A stretch of DNA of 64,000 nucleotides from contig CAJIYX010000020.1 in NCBI GenBank assembly GCA_905181725.1, positions 4,513-68,512 of the forward strand. The letters run 5' to 3'. The position numbers and the translations under genes are program-made. This DNA comes from Alphaproteobacteria bacterium UBA830. Lineage in GTDB: Bacteria > Pseudomonadota > Alphaproteobacteria > MPNO01 > UBA830. Positions 10,076 through 20,724 of the stretch are shown in pieces. The notes beneath the pieces are model-generated. The model did not search any database and was not told the origin of the DNA. It worked only from the letters and a program-made list of their open reading frames with translations. How positions within the stretch are numbered: position 1 is the stretch's first letter; each line of letters begins with the position of its first letter.

Positions 10076-12844
10076 CTATTCCGCCGCCGCCGGTGCATGC
10101 GTATCAGTCTGAGGCGTAGGGTCCCGCATAACGACAAGAAGTGAATTCCGAATCTGGTCGAGCTTGTTCTTATTCGCAATCTGCAGACCGAACACGTCCT
10201 TGACGTAAAAGACGTCGACCGCGGCCTCGCCGAAGGTGCTGATATGAGCCGACGCGATCTGTAAATTCAGCGCGGATAGCGCGCGCGTCAGATCATAGAG
10301 CAGTCCGGTGCGGTCACGTCCATTCACCTCGATGACGGTATGTGTCCGGCTCGCCTTGTTATCGATTAGAACGCGCGGGGCAACCTTGAACACCTTCAAC
10401 CGGCTCGGCAACCCGTCGTCTTTCTCCAGCTCGTCGCGCGGACGCAGACGGCCCGCGAGGGTCTGATCGATGCGGGCGTAGAGCCGGGCCAGTTTATCGG
10501 CACGCTCGAACGGTTCTCCGTTTTCGTCCTGGACCCAGAACGTATCGAGGGCCATGCCGTCGGTCGTCGTGAAAATTTTCGCATCCACAATATTGCCGCC
10601 GCTGAGCGCCATGGCCCCGGCGATTCGCGAAAAAAGGCCGGGATGATCATGCGCGTAAGTCGTAATCTCAGTCGCACCCTTGAACCGGTCAACACGGCTT
10701 TTGATCGTCAGCGGGGCGGCGCGCGATTCCGCCTCATGCGCGATACGCGCATGCCACGCAAGCGTATCCGGATCAAACGACAGCCAGTAGGACGGATAGC
10801 CCCGGGCGATATGGGCGTCGACGGATTCCACCGGCAGGTCGGTCAGCAGATCTCGCATTTCATGCTTGGCGTGCTCGATTCGCGCACCACGGCCCTCGAC
10901 GGAATGCCCGCTGGTCAGGCGTTCTTCGGCCGCCTCATACAGGTCGCGCAGAAGCGCGGCTTTCCAGGCGTTCCAGACATTCGGGCCGACGGCCCGGATA
11001 TCTGCCACGGTCAGCACCAGTAATAGGCGCAGCCGTTCGACGGATTTCACCACCGTGCAAAAATCGGTGATCGTCTGGGGATCGTTGATATCGCGGCGGA
11101 ACGCCGTGTTGCTCATCAACAGGTGATAGCGCACCAGCCATTCAACGGTTTCGGTTTCCTCATCGCTCAGCCCGAAACGCGGGCACAGTTCCAACGCGAC
11201 ATCGGCGCCAAGTTCGGAATGATCGCCGCCACGGCCCTTCGCGATATCGTGCAGCAGGACGGACACATACAGCGCCCGTCGGGATTGCACATCATGGATC
11301 ACGTCGGACGAGATCGGCATGTCTTCGACATACTTGCCGTTCTCAATGCCATGCAGAATGCCGATGGCAAACACCGTGTGCTCATCGACCGTATACACGT
11401 GATACATGTCATGCTGCATCTGGGCGACAACACGGCCGAAATCCGGAACGAACCGGCCGAATACTCCAGCCTCGTTCAGGCGCCGCAACGTCGTCTCGGG
11501 ATCGATTTTCGATGTCAGCATTTCGGTAAACAGCCGGTTCGCCTCGGGGTCGTCTCGGATGGTGTCGATCACGTGGAGGTTCCGAGTAATCGCGCGCAGC
11601 GCCTTGGGATGAATATCGAGTTTCTCGGCCTGCGCGGTGTGAAACAGGCGCAGGATCTTTACCGGGTCGTCAACGAACTCCCGCGCTTTGACGATATTGA
11701 GCCTGCCGCCCTCTATCTCGAACCCCTTGATTGATTTCTGGAACAGCCCGATTGACGGGAGGCGGAATCTCGGTTTGCGCTTGTGTTCGGCTTCAAGCGC
11801 GGCACAGAAGATACGGGTCAGGTTGCCGATCTCTTTCGCGATCAGATAGTAATGCTTCATGAAACGTTCGACACCGCGCGCGCCGGCGCGATCGCGATAG
11901 CCCAGAAGCCCGGCGATCTCCGGCTGCATATCGAAGGTCAGGCGGTCCTCGCCACGCCCGGCCAGAAAATGCAGATGACACCGCACATCCCACAGGAAGC
12001 GATGGGCGCGGCCGAAGCGATGCGCTTCTTTCTTGGTCAGCACGCCACGGTCGACAACATTTGCGACCTCATCGACCTTGTATAGATACTTTGCGATCCA
12101 GTAGAGCGTCTGCAGATCGCGGAGGCCGCCCTTGCCTTCCTTTATATTGGGCTCAAGCACATAGCGGGAGCCACCCAGCTTGTCGTGCCGGGCATCGCGC
12201 TCGGCGAGCTTTTCCTCGACGAATTCGGGGCCGGAGCTTTCGGCAACTTCGGCATAAAATCGCCGCCGCAGTTCATTGTAGAGCTTCTTGTCGCCCCACA
12301 AGTAACGGGATTCAAGCATCGCCGTACAGATGGTCAGGTCACTGCGCGCCAGCCGGATGCATTCATCGACGGAGCGCGTCGCCTGGCCGACCTTCAGCTT
12401 CAGGTCCCACATCATATAGAGAATGTATTCGATCACCTGTTCCTGGCGTGCGGTTTCCTTGTAGGGCAGCACGAACAGGAGATCGATATCCGAAAATGGC
12501 GCCAGTTCGCCGCGCCCGTAACCACCGACCGCGGCAACGCAGAGCCGCTCACCCTCGGTCGGATTGGCCGCGGGATAGACGTGATCGGTGGCAAAATCGT
12601 AGACCAGACGGATAATCTGGTCGGCAAGAAACGAGAGCGCCTCGGCCACCTGTTCACCATTCGCCTCGCCCGCATCGAAGCGGCTGCGCACCTCGGCCCG
12701 TCCATCTTCCATCGCTTCCTTGAGCAATGCCAGAAAGTCGCCACGGATTTCCTGCGGCGTGACCTTGCCGGCTATCAGCTGGTCAAGCGCGCCGACAAGG
12801 GCGGCACGGTCGATGATCCGGCGCTGTTTCAGGATGGAGGGCAT
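10076..12844 (-). CDS. glnD: [protein-PII] uridylyltransferase/uridylyl-removing enzyme
   Basis: 922 aa with a nucleotidyltransferase domain (GGYGRGELAPFSDIDLLFV), an HD domain and two C-terminal ACT domains. Confidence 0.93.
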   Translation of the reverse strand: MPSILKQRRIIDRAALVGALDQLIAGKVTPQEIRGDFLALLKEAMEDGRAEVRSRFDAGEANGEQVAEALSFLADQIIRLVYDFATDHVYPAANPTEGERLCVAAVGGYGRGELAPFSDIDLLFVLPYKETARQEQVIEYILYMMWDLKLKVGQATRSVDECIRLARSDLTICTAMLESRYLWGDKKLYNELRRRFYAEVAESSGPEFVEEKLAERDARHDKLGGSRYVLEPNIKEGKGGLRDLQTLYWIAKYLYKVDEVANVVDRGVLTKKEAHRFGRAHRFLWDVRCHLHFLAGRGEDRLTFDMQPEIAGLLGYRDRAGARGVERFMKHYYLIAKEIGNLTRIFCAALEAEHKRKPRFRLPSIGLFQKSIKGFEIEGGRLNIVKAREFVDDPVKILRLFHTAQAEKLDIHPKALRAITRNLHVIDTIRDDPEANRLFTEMLTSKIDPETTLRRLNEAGVFGRFVPDFGRVVAQMQHDMYHVYTVDEHTVFAIGILHGIENGKYVEDMPISSDVIHDVQSRRALYVSVLLHDIAKGRGGDHSELGADVALELCPRFGLSDEETETVEWLVRYHLLMSNTAFRRDINDPQTITDFCTVVKSVERLRLLLVLTVADIRAVGPNVWNAWKAALLRDLYEAAEERLTSGHSVEGRGARIEHAKHEMRDLLTDLPVESVDAHIARGYPSYWLSFDPDTLAWHARIAHEAESRAAPLTIKSRVDRFKGATEITTYAHDHPGLFSRIAGAMALSGGNIVDAKIFTTTDGMALDTFWVQDENGEPFERADKLARLYARIDQTLAGRLRPRDELEKDDGLPSRLKVFKVAPRVLIDNKASRTHTVIEVNGRDRTGLLYDLTRALSALNLQIASAHISTFGEAAVDVFYVKDVFGLQIANKNKLDQIRNSLLVVMRDPTPQTDTHAPAAAE

Positions 12845-12923
12845 TTAGCGGTTACCGTTGGTGCAGACCGCCGGAATATATAACATTTGTAAAGAATATC
12901 CGAACGCGATTGCGATACCAGTT

Positions 12924-12951
12924 CCTTGATTGAGACCGATCTCAATCAAGG
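12924..12951. promoter_or_regulatory. perfect 12-bp inverted repeat CCTTGATTGAGA-ccga-TCTCAATCAAGG in the divergent glnD / nbaC intergenic region
   Basis: Read directly from the sequence. Lies between divergent starts (glnD 12844, nbaC 13019). No T-run follows, so a terminator role is unlikely. The operator function is inferred only. Confidence 0.5.
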
Positions 12952-13018
12952 AGTTCGATCTCGCACATATGTCAGTATAGTCCGCCTGTCTGCGCCGTCA
13001 GAATCCGAAAGAGACCCC

Positions 13019-13564
13019 ATGACCGTAAGCGCCCCGTTCAATCTCGACCACTGGGTCGACAAGTTCCGCGATCAGGTGAAACCCCCGGTCGGCAACAAGC
13101 TGTTCTTCGAGGAAGACGGCATGATCTCCCAGATAATCGGTGGGCCGAACACGCGGGTCGATTTTCATGACGATCCGATGCAGTAATTTTTCTATCAGAT
13201 TAAAGGCGGCATGATCCTGAAGGTCATCGATGATGGCGAGATCACGGATGTCCGCATCAACGAGGGCGAAGTGTTGATGCTGCCGCCGCACATACGCCAT
13301 TCGCCCCAGCGTCCGGTGCCGGGATCCTATGGGCTTGTCGTGGAATCGCCGCGTATATCAGGCATGCTGGATATATTCGAATGGTACTGCTTCGAGTGCA
13401 TGGCCTGCATCCACCGCATCGAGGTTCCGGTGAACAACATCGTCGACGACCTACCGCCGCTATACGAGGCGTTCTACGCCGACGACGCGGCCCGCACCTG
13501 CGGCGATTGCGGCGCGGTGTATCCCGGCAAGGGAAAGCCTCCGCCGGGATGGGCAGATATCTGA
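13019..13564 (+). pseudogene. nbaC: 3-hydroxyanthranilate 3,4-dioxygenase interrupted by an in-frame TAA (13184..13186)
   Basis: ORFs 12926..13186 and 13211..13564 are in the same frame. The joined product MTVSAPFNLDHW...DFHDDPMQ*FFYQIKGG...LPPHIRHSPQRP...FEWYCFEC...CGDCG matches HAAO/NbaC end to end. Confidence 0.8.
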
Positions 13565-13596
13565 TCGCCGATCACCGAAAGCCTGCAACCTACAGC

Positions 13597-16314
13597 CTAG
13601 AGCAATCCCTTTAGCCGGTAGAGCGCTTCGAGCGCGGCGCGCGGGGTAAGCTCGTCGGGGTTGATGTCGGCCAGTTCGTCTTCGACCGCCGACGGAGCCG
13701 CATCCTGTGCGGGCAGGGGAACGGTTGCCGAAAACAGCGGCAGGTCGTCGGCAAGCTGGGCCAGCGCCCCGGACTGTTCTCCCTGCTCAAGGGTCCGCAG
13801 AACCTCCTGTGCGCGCGCGACCACGGCGAGCGGCAGACCAGCAAGTTTCGCAACGTGCACGCCGTAGGACTGGTCGGCGGCGCCGGCGATCACTTCGTGC
13901 AGAAAGACGACGTCGCCTTCCCATTCGGCCACGCGCATCGAATGGCAGGCGAGCGCATCAAGCCTCGCGGTCAGCGATGTCAGTTCATGAAAATGGGTGG
14001 CGAACAGTGACCGGCAGCGATTGACTTCATGCAGGTTTTCCAGCGTCGCCCAGGCGATGGACAGGCCGTCAAAGGTTGCGGTCCCGCGGCCGATCTCGTC
14101 TAGGATAACAAGCGACCGGTCGGTTGCCTGGTTCAGGATCGTCGCTGTCTCGACCATCTCGACCATAAACGTAGACCGCCCGCGCGCCAGATCGTCAGCG
14201 GCGCCAACACGGCTGAACAACCGGTCGACGATACCGATGTGGGCGTCGTCGGCGGGCACGAACGAGCCGGCCTGTGCGAGGATGACGATGAGCGCGTTCT
14301 GGCGCAGGAAGGTCGATTTACCCGCCATGTTCGGACCGGTGACCAGCCACAGGCGGTGGGCATCGGCGAGGTCGCAGTCATTGGCAACAAAGCCGCCGTC
14401 GCGGGCCGCCACCAGCGACGCCTCGACCACCGGGTGCCGCCCACCGGCAATCGCGAACGCCGTGCTGTCATCGACACGCGGGCGCACGTAGCGCCGGTCG
14501 ATAGCCAGTGCGGCCAGCGCCGCTGATACATCGAGCCGCGCCAGCGCATCGGCGGCAAGCGAAATTGCGTCGGCCCGCGCTGCGGTCTCGGTCACGAGAT
14601 CGTCGAACAGTTCCAGTTCCATCGCCAGTGCGCGCTCGCCCGCCCGGGCCAGCTTGCCTTCAAGCTCGCCAAGCTCGACGGTGGTGAACCGCATCGCGCT
14701 CGCCAGGGTCTGGCGGTGGATGAACGGGCTGTCTTCGCCCATCGGCATCTTCTCAGCCTGGGCCGTCGTAACATCGATGAAATAACCGAGCACATTGTTA
14801 TGGCGGATCTTCAACGACGCGATCCCGGTATCTTCAACGTAGCGCGCCTGCAGGGCGGCAATGTGTTTGCGGCTCTGATCCCGGAGCTGTCGCAGCGTGT
14901 CGAATTCAGGCGCATAGCCGTCACGGATAAAGCCACCGTCCCGGGACATCAGCGGCAATTCATCGGCCAGTGCACGGGCCAGCCGGTCGATCAGAACCTG
15001 ATGCTCGCCGATATCGGCAGCCGCCGTCGCGGTATCCGCCGCCAGGTCCGGCGCTGCTTCGAGAAGGGCGCGCAGATCGACCGCGACCGACAGCCCGTCG
15101 CGCACCGCACCGAGATCGCGCGGACCGCCCCGGCCGATAGTCAGCCGTATCATAGCCCGTGCCATATCGGGTGCCGCGCGCAGACGGTCGCGCACATCTT
15201 CGCGCGCACGCGATGACTCCGCGAACCAGGACACGGCATCATGGCGCGCCCGGATCGCCGCGGCGTCGGTCAGCGGTGCTGCCAGACGGGCGGCAAGCAA
15301 GCGGCCGCCCGCGCCGGTGACCGTACGATCGATAACCGATAGCAGCGAGCCGTCACGCGCGCCGTTCATCGTACGCACCAGTTCGAGGTTGCGCCGGGTC
15401 GCGGCATCGATTTCCAGCGCTTCGCCGCCGGCCATCCGGCGCGGCGGCTGCAGGCGCGGCAGCTTTCCTTTCTGCGTCAACTCGACATAGGCGACGATAC
15501 CGCCGCAGGCCGCCAGTTCGGCCCGGCCGTAATCGCCGAACGCATCGAGCGCCTTGACCGCGAAAATTTCTTCCAGCCGGCGACGGCCCGCCGTGCTGTC
15601 GAAGCTGGAATCAGACTGCACTGCCAGCCTGTCGCGGAAATCGGCACAGATGTCGTAAAACTCGGGCTGACCCAAGAGCCGCTCCGGCACCAGAAATTCA
15701 CCGGGCTCGATGCGCGCAAGGGCGGCTGCGAGGTCGGCGTGATCCACCGGTTGTGCAAAGAAGGCACCAGTCGATACGTCGAGCCAGGCGAGCCCCAGAG
15801 CACCGCCGGCCTCGGCAACCGCGGCCAGATAGTTGTGACGCCGCGCATCGAGCAGCGCTTCCTCGGTAATCGTGCCGGGCGTGACCACACGCACGACCTC
15901 GCGCCGGACGACCGATTTGGCGCCGCGCTTTTTTGCTTCCGACGGATTTTCTGTCTGTTCACAGACCGCTACCCGGATGCCTTTTCGGATCAGGCGCGAC
16001 AAATAGGACTCAGATGCATGAACCGGCACCCCGCACATCGGGATATCGGCACCCTCATGCTTGCCGCGCTTAGTCAGCGTGATGTCGAGCGCGGCGGCCG
16101 CCTGTTCGGCATCTTCGAAGAACATCTCGTAGAAATCGCCCATGCGATAGAACAGGAGGTCGTCCGGATGTGCCCGCTTGATTTCCAGGTATTGCGCCAT
16201 CATCGGCGTCGGCGCATCGCTCCCCACCTTGGCAGGCGTATTAACCGCCGGCTTTTTGTCGGGCGCAGGCACATCCGCCGCGTTGATTGGTATGTGTTCT
16301 GTATCCACCACCAC
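13597..16314 (-). CDS. mutS: DNA mismatch repair protein MutS
   Basis: 905 aa. [12 protein letters not shown]-terminus and Walker [10 protein letters not shown]. Terminates with TAG. Confidence 0.95.
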   Translation of the reverse strand: MVVDTEHIPINAADVPAPDKKPAVNTPAKVGSDAPTPMMAQYLEIKRAHPDDLLFYRMGDFYEMFFEDAEQAAAALDITLTKRGKHEGADIPMCGVPVHASESYLSRLIRKGIRVAVCEQTENPSEAKKRGAKSVVRREVVRVVTPGTITEEALLDARRHNYLAAVAEAGGALGLAWLDVSTGAFFAQPVDHADLAAALARIEPGEFLVPERLLGQPEFYDICADFRDRLAVQSDSSFDSTAGRRRLEEIFAVKALDAFGDYGRAELAACGGIVAYVELTQKGKLPRLQPPRRMAGGEALEIDAATRRNLELVRTMNGARDGSLLSVIDRTVTGAGGRLLAARLAAPLTDAAAIRARHDAVSWFAESSRAREDVRDRLRAAPDMARAMIRLTIGRGGPRDLGAVRDGLSVAVDLRALLEAAPDLAADTATAAADIGEHQVLIDRLARALADELPLMSRDGGFIRDGYAPEFDTLRQLRDQSRKHIAALQARYVEDTGIASLKIRHNNVLGYFIDVTTAQAEKMPMGEDSPFIHRQTLASAMRFTTVELGELEGKLARAGERALAMELELFDDLVTETAARADAISLAADALARLDVSAALAALAIDRRYVRPRVDDSTAFAIAGGRHPVVEASLVAARDGGFVANDCDLADAHRLWLVTGPNMAGKSTFLRQNALIVILAQAGSFVPADDAHIGIVDRLFSRVGAADDLARGRSTFMVEMVETATILNQATDRSLVILDEIGRGTATFDGLSIAWATLENLHEVNRCRSLFATHFHELTSLTARLDALACHSMRVAEWEGDVVFLHEVIAGAADQSYGVHVAKLAGLPLAVVARAQEVLRTLEQGEQSGALAQLADDLPLFSATVPLPAQDAAPSAVEDELADINPDELTPRAALEALYRLKGLL

Positions 16315-16489
16315 GCTAATTTATCACAGCCGCCCGCGCGTACGAACAGGCATCGGGGAATCGGTTCAAATTCTTGTCCTATAAATGTCGTAGAGTGCAT
16401 TGCGAAGAATAGCCCCTAGAATACTTTGTTGGAGCGCCGCGTTTTCCTCTCTATCCTGCGAGACGAATACCCAATTACCTGAGGCGAAC

Positions 16490-18832
16490 ATGGCCAAGCG
16501 GATTTATAGCGATCTCGATAAAGAATCTCTCATCATGCACCGGACCGGACGCCCGGGTAAGGTTGAGGTTGTCGCGACAAAGCCGCTAACCACACAGCAC
16601 GATCTTGCGCTGGCATATTCGCCAGGCGTCGCCGCTCCCTGCCTCGAGATTTTCGACGATCCCGACACCGCCTACGAATACACGGCCAAGGGCAACATGG
16701 TTGCCGTTATCTCCAATGGCACGGCCGTGCTGGGCCTCGGTAATCTGGGCGGGCTGGCGTCCAAGCCGGTGATGGAAGGCAAAGCAGTGCTGTTCAAGCG
16801 GTTTGCCGATGTCGATTCCATCGATCTGGAGCTCGATACCGAAGACGTCGACGAATTCATCAATTGCGTCCGTTACCTCGGACCGTCATTCGGCGGTATC
16901 AATCTCGAAGATATCAAGGCGCCCGAATGCTTTCTGATCGAAAGCCGTCTGCGCGAATTGATGGACATTCCGGTGTTTCATGACGATCAGCACGGCACGG
17001 CGATCATCGCCGCCGCCGGGTTCATCAACGCGCTGGACCTGACCGGCCGGGATATCAAAAAGACCAAACTTGTCGTCAACGGTGCCGGGTCCGCCGGTAT
17101 CGCGTGTATCGAACTGCTCAAGGCATTCGGCATGCAGCACGACAACGTTCTGCTGTGCGATACCCGCGGCGTCGTCTACCAGGGCCGCGAAGAAGGCATG
17201 AACCAGTGGAAATCGGCGCATGCCGCCAAGACCGATGCGCGCACCCTGGCAGAGGCGATGGAAGGTACTGATTCATTCTTCGGGCTGTCCGTCGCCGGGG
17301 CCGTGACCAAGGACATGGTCAAATCGATGGCCAAGAACCCTATCATCTTCGCGATGGCCAACCCGGATCCGGAGATCACCCCGGAAGAAGCACGCTCGGT
17401 CCGCAAGGATGTGATTTTCGCGACCGGCCGGTCCGATTATCCGAACCAGGTTAATAACGTACTTGGTTTCCCGTATATCTTCCGCGGCGCGCTGGATGTC
17501 CGCGCACGGACGATCAACGACGAGATGAAAATCGCCGCCGCCAAGGCGCTGGCCCAGCTTGCGCGCGAGGACGTGCCCGACGAAGTTGCCGCCGCCTATT
17601 CCGGCAGACGCCTGCGCTATGGGCCGGAATACATCATTCCGGTGCCGTTCGATCCGCGTCTGATCTCGACGATCCCGCCCGCCGTCGCCCAGGCAGCGGT
17701 GGATACCGGTGTTGCCCGCAAGGAAATGCCCGATCTTGAAGCCTACAAGGTGGAACTTTCGGCACGGCTTGACCCGACCGTCTCCATGCTGCAATCGACC
17801 CATGCGGTCGTGCGCGCCAATCCGCGCCGAGTCGGTTTCGCCGAAGGCGAGGAAGAAACCTCCATCCGCGCCGCGATTTCTTTCTCGCAATCGGGACTCG
17901 GCACACCGGTGCTGATCGGGCGCGAGGAGCAGATCAAGGATACGATCAAGCGGCTGGGGCTGAACGGCGCCGACAATATCGAAATTCACAACGCCGCCCT
18001 GTCGCGCGGCAATCGTCATTACATCGAATATCTTTACCAGCGGCTGCAGCGCGACGGCTATCTCTACCGCGACTGCCAGCGCCTGGTGCATCAGGATCGC
18101 AACGTATTTTCGGCCTGCATGCTGGTCCATGGCGATATCGATGCGATGGTGACCGGGCTATCGCGCAGTTATTCGGTCAACCATGAAAACATCCGGCTCG
18201 CCATCGACCCGATGCCGGGCGCCGAAGTTTTCGGCCTCTCGATGGTGACATCGCAGGGTCATACCGTGTTTATCGCGGATACCACGATCAACGAACGTCC
18301 AAGCGGCGAGCAACTTGCTCAGATCGCCCGGCAATGTGCCGCCGAAGCCCGCGCACATGGTCACGAGCCGCGCGTTGCCTTCCTTTCCCATGCGACGTTC
18401 GGCAACCTGCCGGGCGCGCTGGCGACACAGGTCCGCGAAGCCGTCGCGATCCTCGACGCCGAGGGCGCCGATTTCGAATATGACGGCGAAATGTCACCCG
18501 ATGTCGCGCTGGATATGGAGCTCCGCGTCGTGTTTCCATTCTGCCGCCTGACCGGACCAGCCAACATTCTGATCATGCCGGGCCTGCACGCGGCTGCAAT
18601 TTCATCCCAGATTTTGCAGAAACTGGGCGGCGGCACGGTGATCGGACCGCTTCTGACCGGATTGAGCCGCGCTGTTCAGATCGTTCCGATAAACGCAAAC
18701 GATGCCGTAATGGTCAATTTCGCCACAATGGCGGCGCACGATTCGCTGGTTATCGCCAACCGCGAAGGTGGAGCAGCCAAAACCTCTAAGCCCAAAGCGG
18801 CCGCTAAAAAGAAGCCGACGCCGAAGAAGTAG
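16490..18832 (+). CDS. maeB: NADP-dependent malic enzyme (malic enzyme plus PTA-like domain)
   Basis: ORF 16400..18832; the ATG at 16490 gives [18 protein letters not shown]. Malic-enzyme N-domain and phosphotransacetylase-like C-domain. Has an extra Lys/Ala/Pro-rich C-terminal tail. Confidence 0.9.
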   Translation: MAKRIYSDLDKESLIMHRTGRPGKVEVVATKPLTTQHDLALAYSPGVAAPCLEIFDDPDTAYEYTAKGNMVAVISNGTAVLGLGNLGGLASKPVMEGKAVLFKRFADVDSIDLELDTEDVDEFINCVRYLGPSFGGINLEDIKAPECFLIESRLRELMDIPVFHDDQHGTAIIAAAGFINALDLTGRDIKKTKLVVNGAGSAGIACIELLKAFGMQHDNVLLCDTRGVVYQGREEGMNQWKSAHAAKTDARTLAEAMEGTDSFFGLSVAGAVTKDMVKSMAKNPIIFAMANPDPEITPEEARSVRKDVIFATGRSDYPNQVNNVLGFPYIFRGALDVRARTINDEMKIAAAKALAQLAREDVPDEVAAAYSGRRLRYGPEYIIPVPFDPRLISTIPPAVAQAAVDTGVARKEMPDLEAYKVELSARLDPTVSMLQSTHAVVRANPRRVGFAEGEEETSIRAAISFSQSGLGTPVLIGREEQIKDTIKRLGLNGADNIEIHNAALSRGNRHYIEYLYQRLQRDGYLYRDCQRLVHQDRNVFSACMLVHGDIDAMVTGLSRSYSVNHENIRLAIDPMPGAEVFGLSMVTSQGHTVFIADTTINERPSGEQLAQIARQCAAEARAHGHEPRVAFLSHATFGNLPGALATQVREAVAILDAEGADFEYDGEMSPDVALDMELRVVFPFCRLTGPANILIMPGLHAAAISSQILQKLGGGTVIGPLLTGLSRAVQIVPINANDAVMVNFATMAAHDSLVIANREGGAAKTSKPKAAAKKKPTPKK

Positions 18833-18858
18833 CGGAATTCAATCCCGGCAAAGACACT

Positions 18859-19386
18859 ATGACAAGGACCGGGATCAGGAAAGAAGAGCCCATGTCACAA
18901 CCGCGCATTCCGTCCGGGCGGCAAGCGACGCTGACGACCCGCGGTGAACAGGCTGATCGCGTGCGCGGGCTGGAGACCGGCGCCGACGATTACGTCACCA
19001 AGCCCTTCGCCCCTAAAGAGCTGATCGCCCGCATCCACGCCGTCATGCGGCGCGCCCGGCCGGCCCTGTCGGAGGAACGGCTGACCTATAGAGATATTGA
19101 AATGAACCTAACCGAGCACAAGGTCACTCGGCGTGACCGCGCTGTTGTTCTGGGTCCGACCGAATTCCGCCTGCTGCGCCACTTTATGGAGCACCCGGGC
19201 CGCGTGTTCACCCGCGATCAGCTGATCGATTCAGTCTGGGGCCATGGCATCTATATCGATTCCCGAACCGTGGATGTTCATATTCGCCGGCTCCGCAAGG
19301 AGCTGAACGGCAAGGGCAACCAGGATGTAATCCGTACCGTGCGGTCCGCCGGGTATTCGCTGGACGCAGAGAGCGCGATCTCCTGA
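18859..19386 (+). pseudogene. phoB: phosphate-regulon response regulator PhoB, 5'-truncated (receiver domain largely missing, winged-helix domain intact)
   Basis: 175-aa ORF. Homology starts at [26 protein letters not shown], the end of the receiver, and continues through a full OmpR/PhoB effector domain. Only 26 nt separate it from the maeB stop. Confidence 0.7.
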
Positions 19387-19408
19387 TTAAACGGGCCTGA
19401 CCGCTTGA

Positions 19409-20674
19409 TCAGGTGAACATGCCCTTGAGCATGAAGAAAAAGGCCGCTGCCAAAAGGCCGCCGGCGGGCAACGTGACAATCCACGAAGCGAAGATACTCC
19501 CGATAACCCGCAGATCGAGTGCCGCGATACCGCGCGCCATGCCGACACCCATGACCGCACCGACGGCTATATGGGTGGTCGAAACGGGCATCGCGGTACG
19601 CGACGCGATGACGACGGTTAACGCCGCGGCCACCGTGGCGCAAAAGCCGCTGGTCGGTGTCAGCGCAGTGATTTTTGAGCCGATGGTCCGCATCACCCGG
19701 TACCCGTAAGTCACAAGCCCCAGCACGATGCCGGCGCCGCCAAGCGCCAAGATCCATAGCGGCATCTCCAATTTCTGCGTTACCTCGCCACCGGATTGAA
19801 TCAGCCCGTAGACCGCCGCCAATGGTCCGACACCGTTTGCAACGTCGTTTGACCCATGGGCAAACGCCATTGCGCAGGCGGTGAACACAATCATCGGCGC
19901 AAACACCCGCTCGACGCTGGCGAGATGCGCTGTCTGGTCCATAGTTTCATGGACAGTCACCCGTCTGATCGCGCGCTTGCCGATCAATGCGGTAACGATC
20001 CCGATCAGGGCCGCCACCGCCGCGCTTTCGTAGCCGTTGAGATCAATATTCAGATGCTTCAGACCCTTGAAGATCGTCACCAGCGAAATCACGAAGCCGA
20101 CGAGGAACAGGTAGACCGGCGCCCAGCGGATGGCGCTTTCAAAGGGTTTCTCCGCCTGCAAGATCAGTTTGCGGATGCTCATCATCAACGCAAATGCGAC
20201 CATGCCCCCAAGCACCGGGGACACCACCCAGCTTGCGACGATCTGGCCAATCTTGCCCCAGGCGACTGCATCCACCCCGATCCCCGCGACGGCGAAACCG
20301 ACAATCGCGCCGACGATGGAGTGGGTTGTCGAAACCGGCCAACCACGGAACGACGCCAGCGCAAGCCAGCAACCCGCCGCCAACAGGGCCGCCAGCATAC
20401 CGAACACCAGCAGTTCGGGCCGGTCGGCAATCGCCGACGGGTCGATAATGCCTTTGCGGATGGTTTTGGTGACGCTGCCACCAGCAAGTGCGGCGCCTGC
20501 GAATTCAAAAATGGCGGCGACGATAATAGCCGTTCTCACCGTAATCGCGCCCGAACCGACTGACGTGCCGAGCGCGTTGGCGACATCGTTTGCCCCAATC
20601 CCCCACGTCATGAAAACGCCAAAGATTATTGCGAGCACGAGGAGCGTGGGACCGAACTGGGAGATGACGTCCAT
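19409..20674 (-). CDS. pit: inorganic phosphate transporter, PiT family
   Basis: 421 aa with the duplicated PiT signature GANDVANALGTSVGS / GSNDVANGVGP. Confidence 0.9.
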   Translation of the reverse strand: MDVISQFGPTLLVLAIIFGVFMTWGIGANDVANALGTSVGSGAITVRTAIIVAAIFEFAGAALAGGSVTKTIRKGIIDPSAIADRPELLVFGMLAALLAAGCWLALASFRGWPVSTTHSIVGAIVGFAVAGIGVDAVAWGKIGQIVASWVVSPVLGGMVAFALMMSIRKLILQAEKPFESAIRWAPVYLFLVGFVISLVTIFKGLKHLNIDLNGYESAAVAALIGIVTALIGKRAIRRVTVHETMDQTAHLASVERVFAPMIVFTACAMAFAHGSNDVANGVGPLAAVYGLIQSGGEVTQKLEMPLWILALGGAGIVLGLVTYGYRVMRTIGSKITALTPTSGFCATVAAALTVVIASRTAMPVSTTHIAVGAVMGVGMARGIAALDLRVIGSIFASWIVTLPAGGLLAAAFFFMLKGMFT

Positions 20675-20724
20675 GAGACTACTTGGGTAAGACGGTTACA
20701 GTGTGAGAAGCCGGCGCGACAGGC

